Origin: Eledone cirrhosa
Taxonomy: Eukaryota
DNA length: 64,000 nt
Direction of reading: 5' to 3'
Assembly (NCBI GenBank): GCA_964016885.1
Contig: OZ024753.1
Span: 34,472,001 to 34,536,000, forward strand
Shown: piece by piece, positions 62,538 to 64,000 of the stretch
Layout of the letters: every line of letters starts with the position of its first letter
Numbering within the stretch: position 1 is the stretch's first letter
Made by a program: the position numbers and the translations under genes
The notes under the pieces: model-generated
The model's input: only the letters and a program-made list of their open reading frames with translations
Database searches by the model: none
Told to the model about the DNA's origin: nothing

Positions 62538-62735
62538 AAAAGAATCAGGACCCCGACGGCTGAGCTCCAGCCGTTTCGACAGCTAGATCCTAGTTCGGAT
62601 CTAGCTGTCGAAACGGCCGGAGCTCAGCCGTCGGGGTCCTGACTCTTTTCCTATTACCCACTCTACTACCATAAGTATCGAGTACTCTGGTGCGTTATGG
62701 TCCACCTGGTTCCTTACCACACCTTCTTTGTTATA
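62533..62735 (+). mobile_element. Fold-back PLE-type mini-element: ~58-bp arms around loop TAGTTC (62591-62596), HHR 3' half, unique tail
   Basis: GAAA-cggc-cggagctca-gccg-TC-ggggtcc; (TA)n on both sides; tail ACTC..GAGTAC. Confidence 0.82.
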
Positions 62736-62742
62736 CATACAT

Positions 62743-62811
<69 letters not shown>

Positions 62812-62922
62812 ACACTTCACACAAAGTAAAATATTTCGTTTTAATCATTTTCTAACCCAGAGAAATAAATAAAAAGGGAAAAAAAAAATGTTTCTTCCTA
62901 ATAATCGTCTTTTTCTCCCTGT

Positions 62923-62993
<71 letters not shown>

Positions 62994-63159
62994 GTATGTG
63001 TCCGTGTCTTTGTTTTACTACTTTACTTGTACCGTTTTTATTGTAATCTTCATTGAGTCTGATGAGTTAATTCGAAACAGAATTATATTGCATGTTAACG
63101 AACTCTTATGTAACTGGTTATAGCTCAGAGCTGGTCATTTGCGAAACACGCGTTAGGCA

Positions 63160-63335
63160 AAAGCCACCAAATTCTGAGGAAGGGCGAAGTTGATTCAATC
63201 GACCTCAGTATTTCAGTGGTATTTTATTTTATCGATCCGAGAAGGATGAAAAGTTGATCTCGGCAGATTGTAAAGAACCAGAACAAATATTGCAATGGCA
63301 TTTAATCCAACACTCTGTTGATCCTGCCAATCCAA
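63160..63335 (-). mobile_element. Diverged tRNA-SINE
   Basis: TTTATCGATCCGAGAAGGATGAAAAG core and CTGCCAATCC head. Confidence 0.7.
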
Positions 63336-63696
63336 CACTTAATGAAAGAAAATAATAGAAAAGAAAATTATAGTCTCCGTCTAGGATTGACGGAGGGACA
63401 TAATCTTTAGAAGCCATGTGTAAATAAAGTATACTAAAAATAAAGTAAAACATTTCAACAGAAAAAATTAACTAGACCCGAAATAAAATAGTTTAAGTTC
63501 AGATAAAATATTGGAACTTAATCATGAAAACTGCCAAAGAAAAAATAGAAGCATAGTTTCAATGTTGTTTATTTTCGTAGTAACAGAAAAAGATATTTTC
63601 TCACAAATTACGCATAACCTCTGAGTTCGGCGAGGTCCATATTCGGCCATATAAAACGTCAAACCCAGGCGCCAAGATAGCGTTAAACATGAAAAG

Positions 63697-63735
<39 letters not shown>

Positions 63736-63806
63736 TATTGAAATTTCCGTTGGAAACAGAAAAGGTCATAGAAGTGAAGAGTGCTCTATGTAATTATCAG
63801 AGCAAA

Positions 63807-63878
63807 ATTTCGTCTGACGAACGAATGAAGACGTTTCTTTCGTATTCGCCTCATTCGGGAAACCTCTGGTAATGAGGT
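63807..63878 (+). ncRNA. Type I hammerhead ribozyme motif in a short (TA)n-flanked insert (63733-63905)
   Basis: atttcgt-CTGACGA-acgaatga..tcattcgg-GAAA-cc-tct-gg-TA-atgaggt. All three stems pair; first stem II pair is mismatched. Confidence 0.72.
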
Positions 63879-63903
63879 AATTATATTGTATTGATTTCTA
63901 TAC

Positions 63904-63947
<44 letters not shown>

Positions 63948-63953
<6 letters not shown>

Positions 63954-64000
63954 AAAATATATGACTCCGACGGCAGAGGTCAAGCCGTTTCGACGGTCCA
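63948..64000 (-). mobile_element. Left (inverted) arm of another fold-back element related to 62533/40269, cut by the window edge
   Basis: ATAGGAAAA..CCGACGGC..GCCGTTTCGAC resembles 62533-62580. Confidence 0.6.

Overview
Repeat-dominated, AT-rich eukaryotic DNA. The tRNA-SINE families and (TA)n/(CA)n load look like an octopod cephalopod (inference). No host gene is confidently visible, and almost all listed ORFs are microsatellite artefacts. Real coding remnants are all transposon-derived: Penelope-like element (PLE) RT and two GIY-YIG fragments, two CR1/L2-group LINE 3' ends, RTE and CRE-like fragments, and a Tc1 transposase fused in frame to a LINE. The main signal is a recurring architecture in at least six unrelated sequence families: fold-back (inverted) insertions in (TA)n tracts that carry outward-facing type I hammerhead ribozyme (HHR) motifs. 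In four of them the inverted arm stops just before a shared ACTC-N11-17-GAGTRC motif. One is a 3 kb palindrome whose spacer is a PLE GIY-YIG domain missed by the ORF track. Another is a non-coding 525-bp circularly permuted unit (retrozyme-like). There is also a 5S rRNA copy fused to the exact 3' tail of a LINE present in the same window. All coordinates and RNA folds were read by eye and may be off by a few bases.
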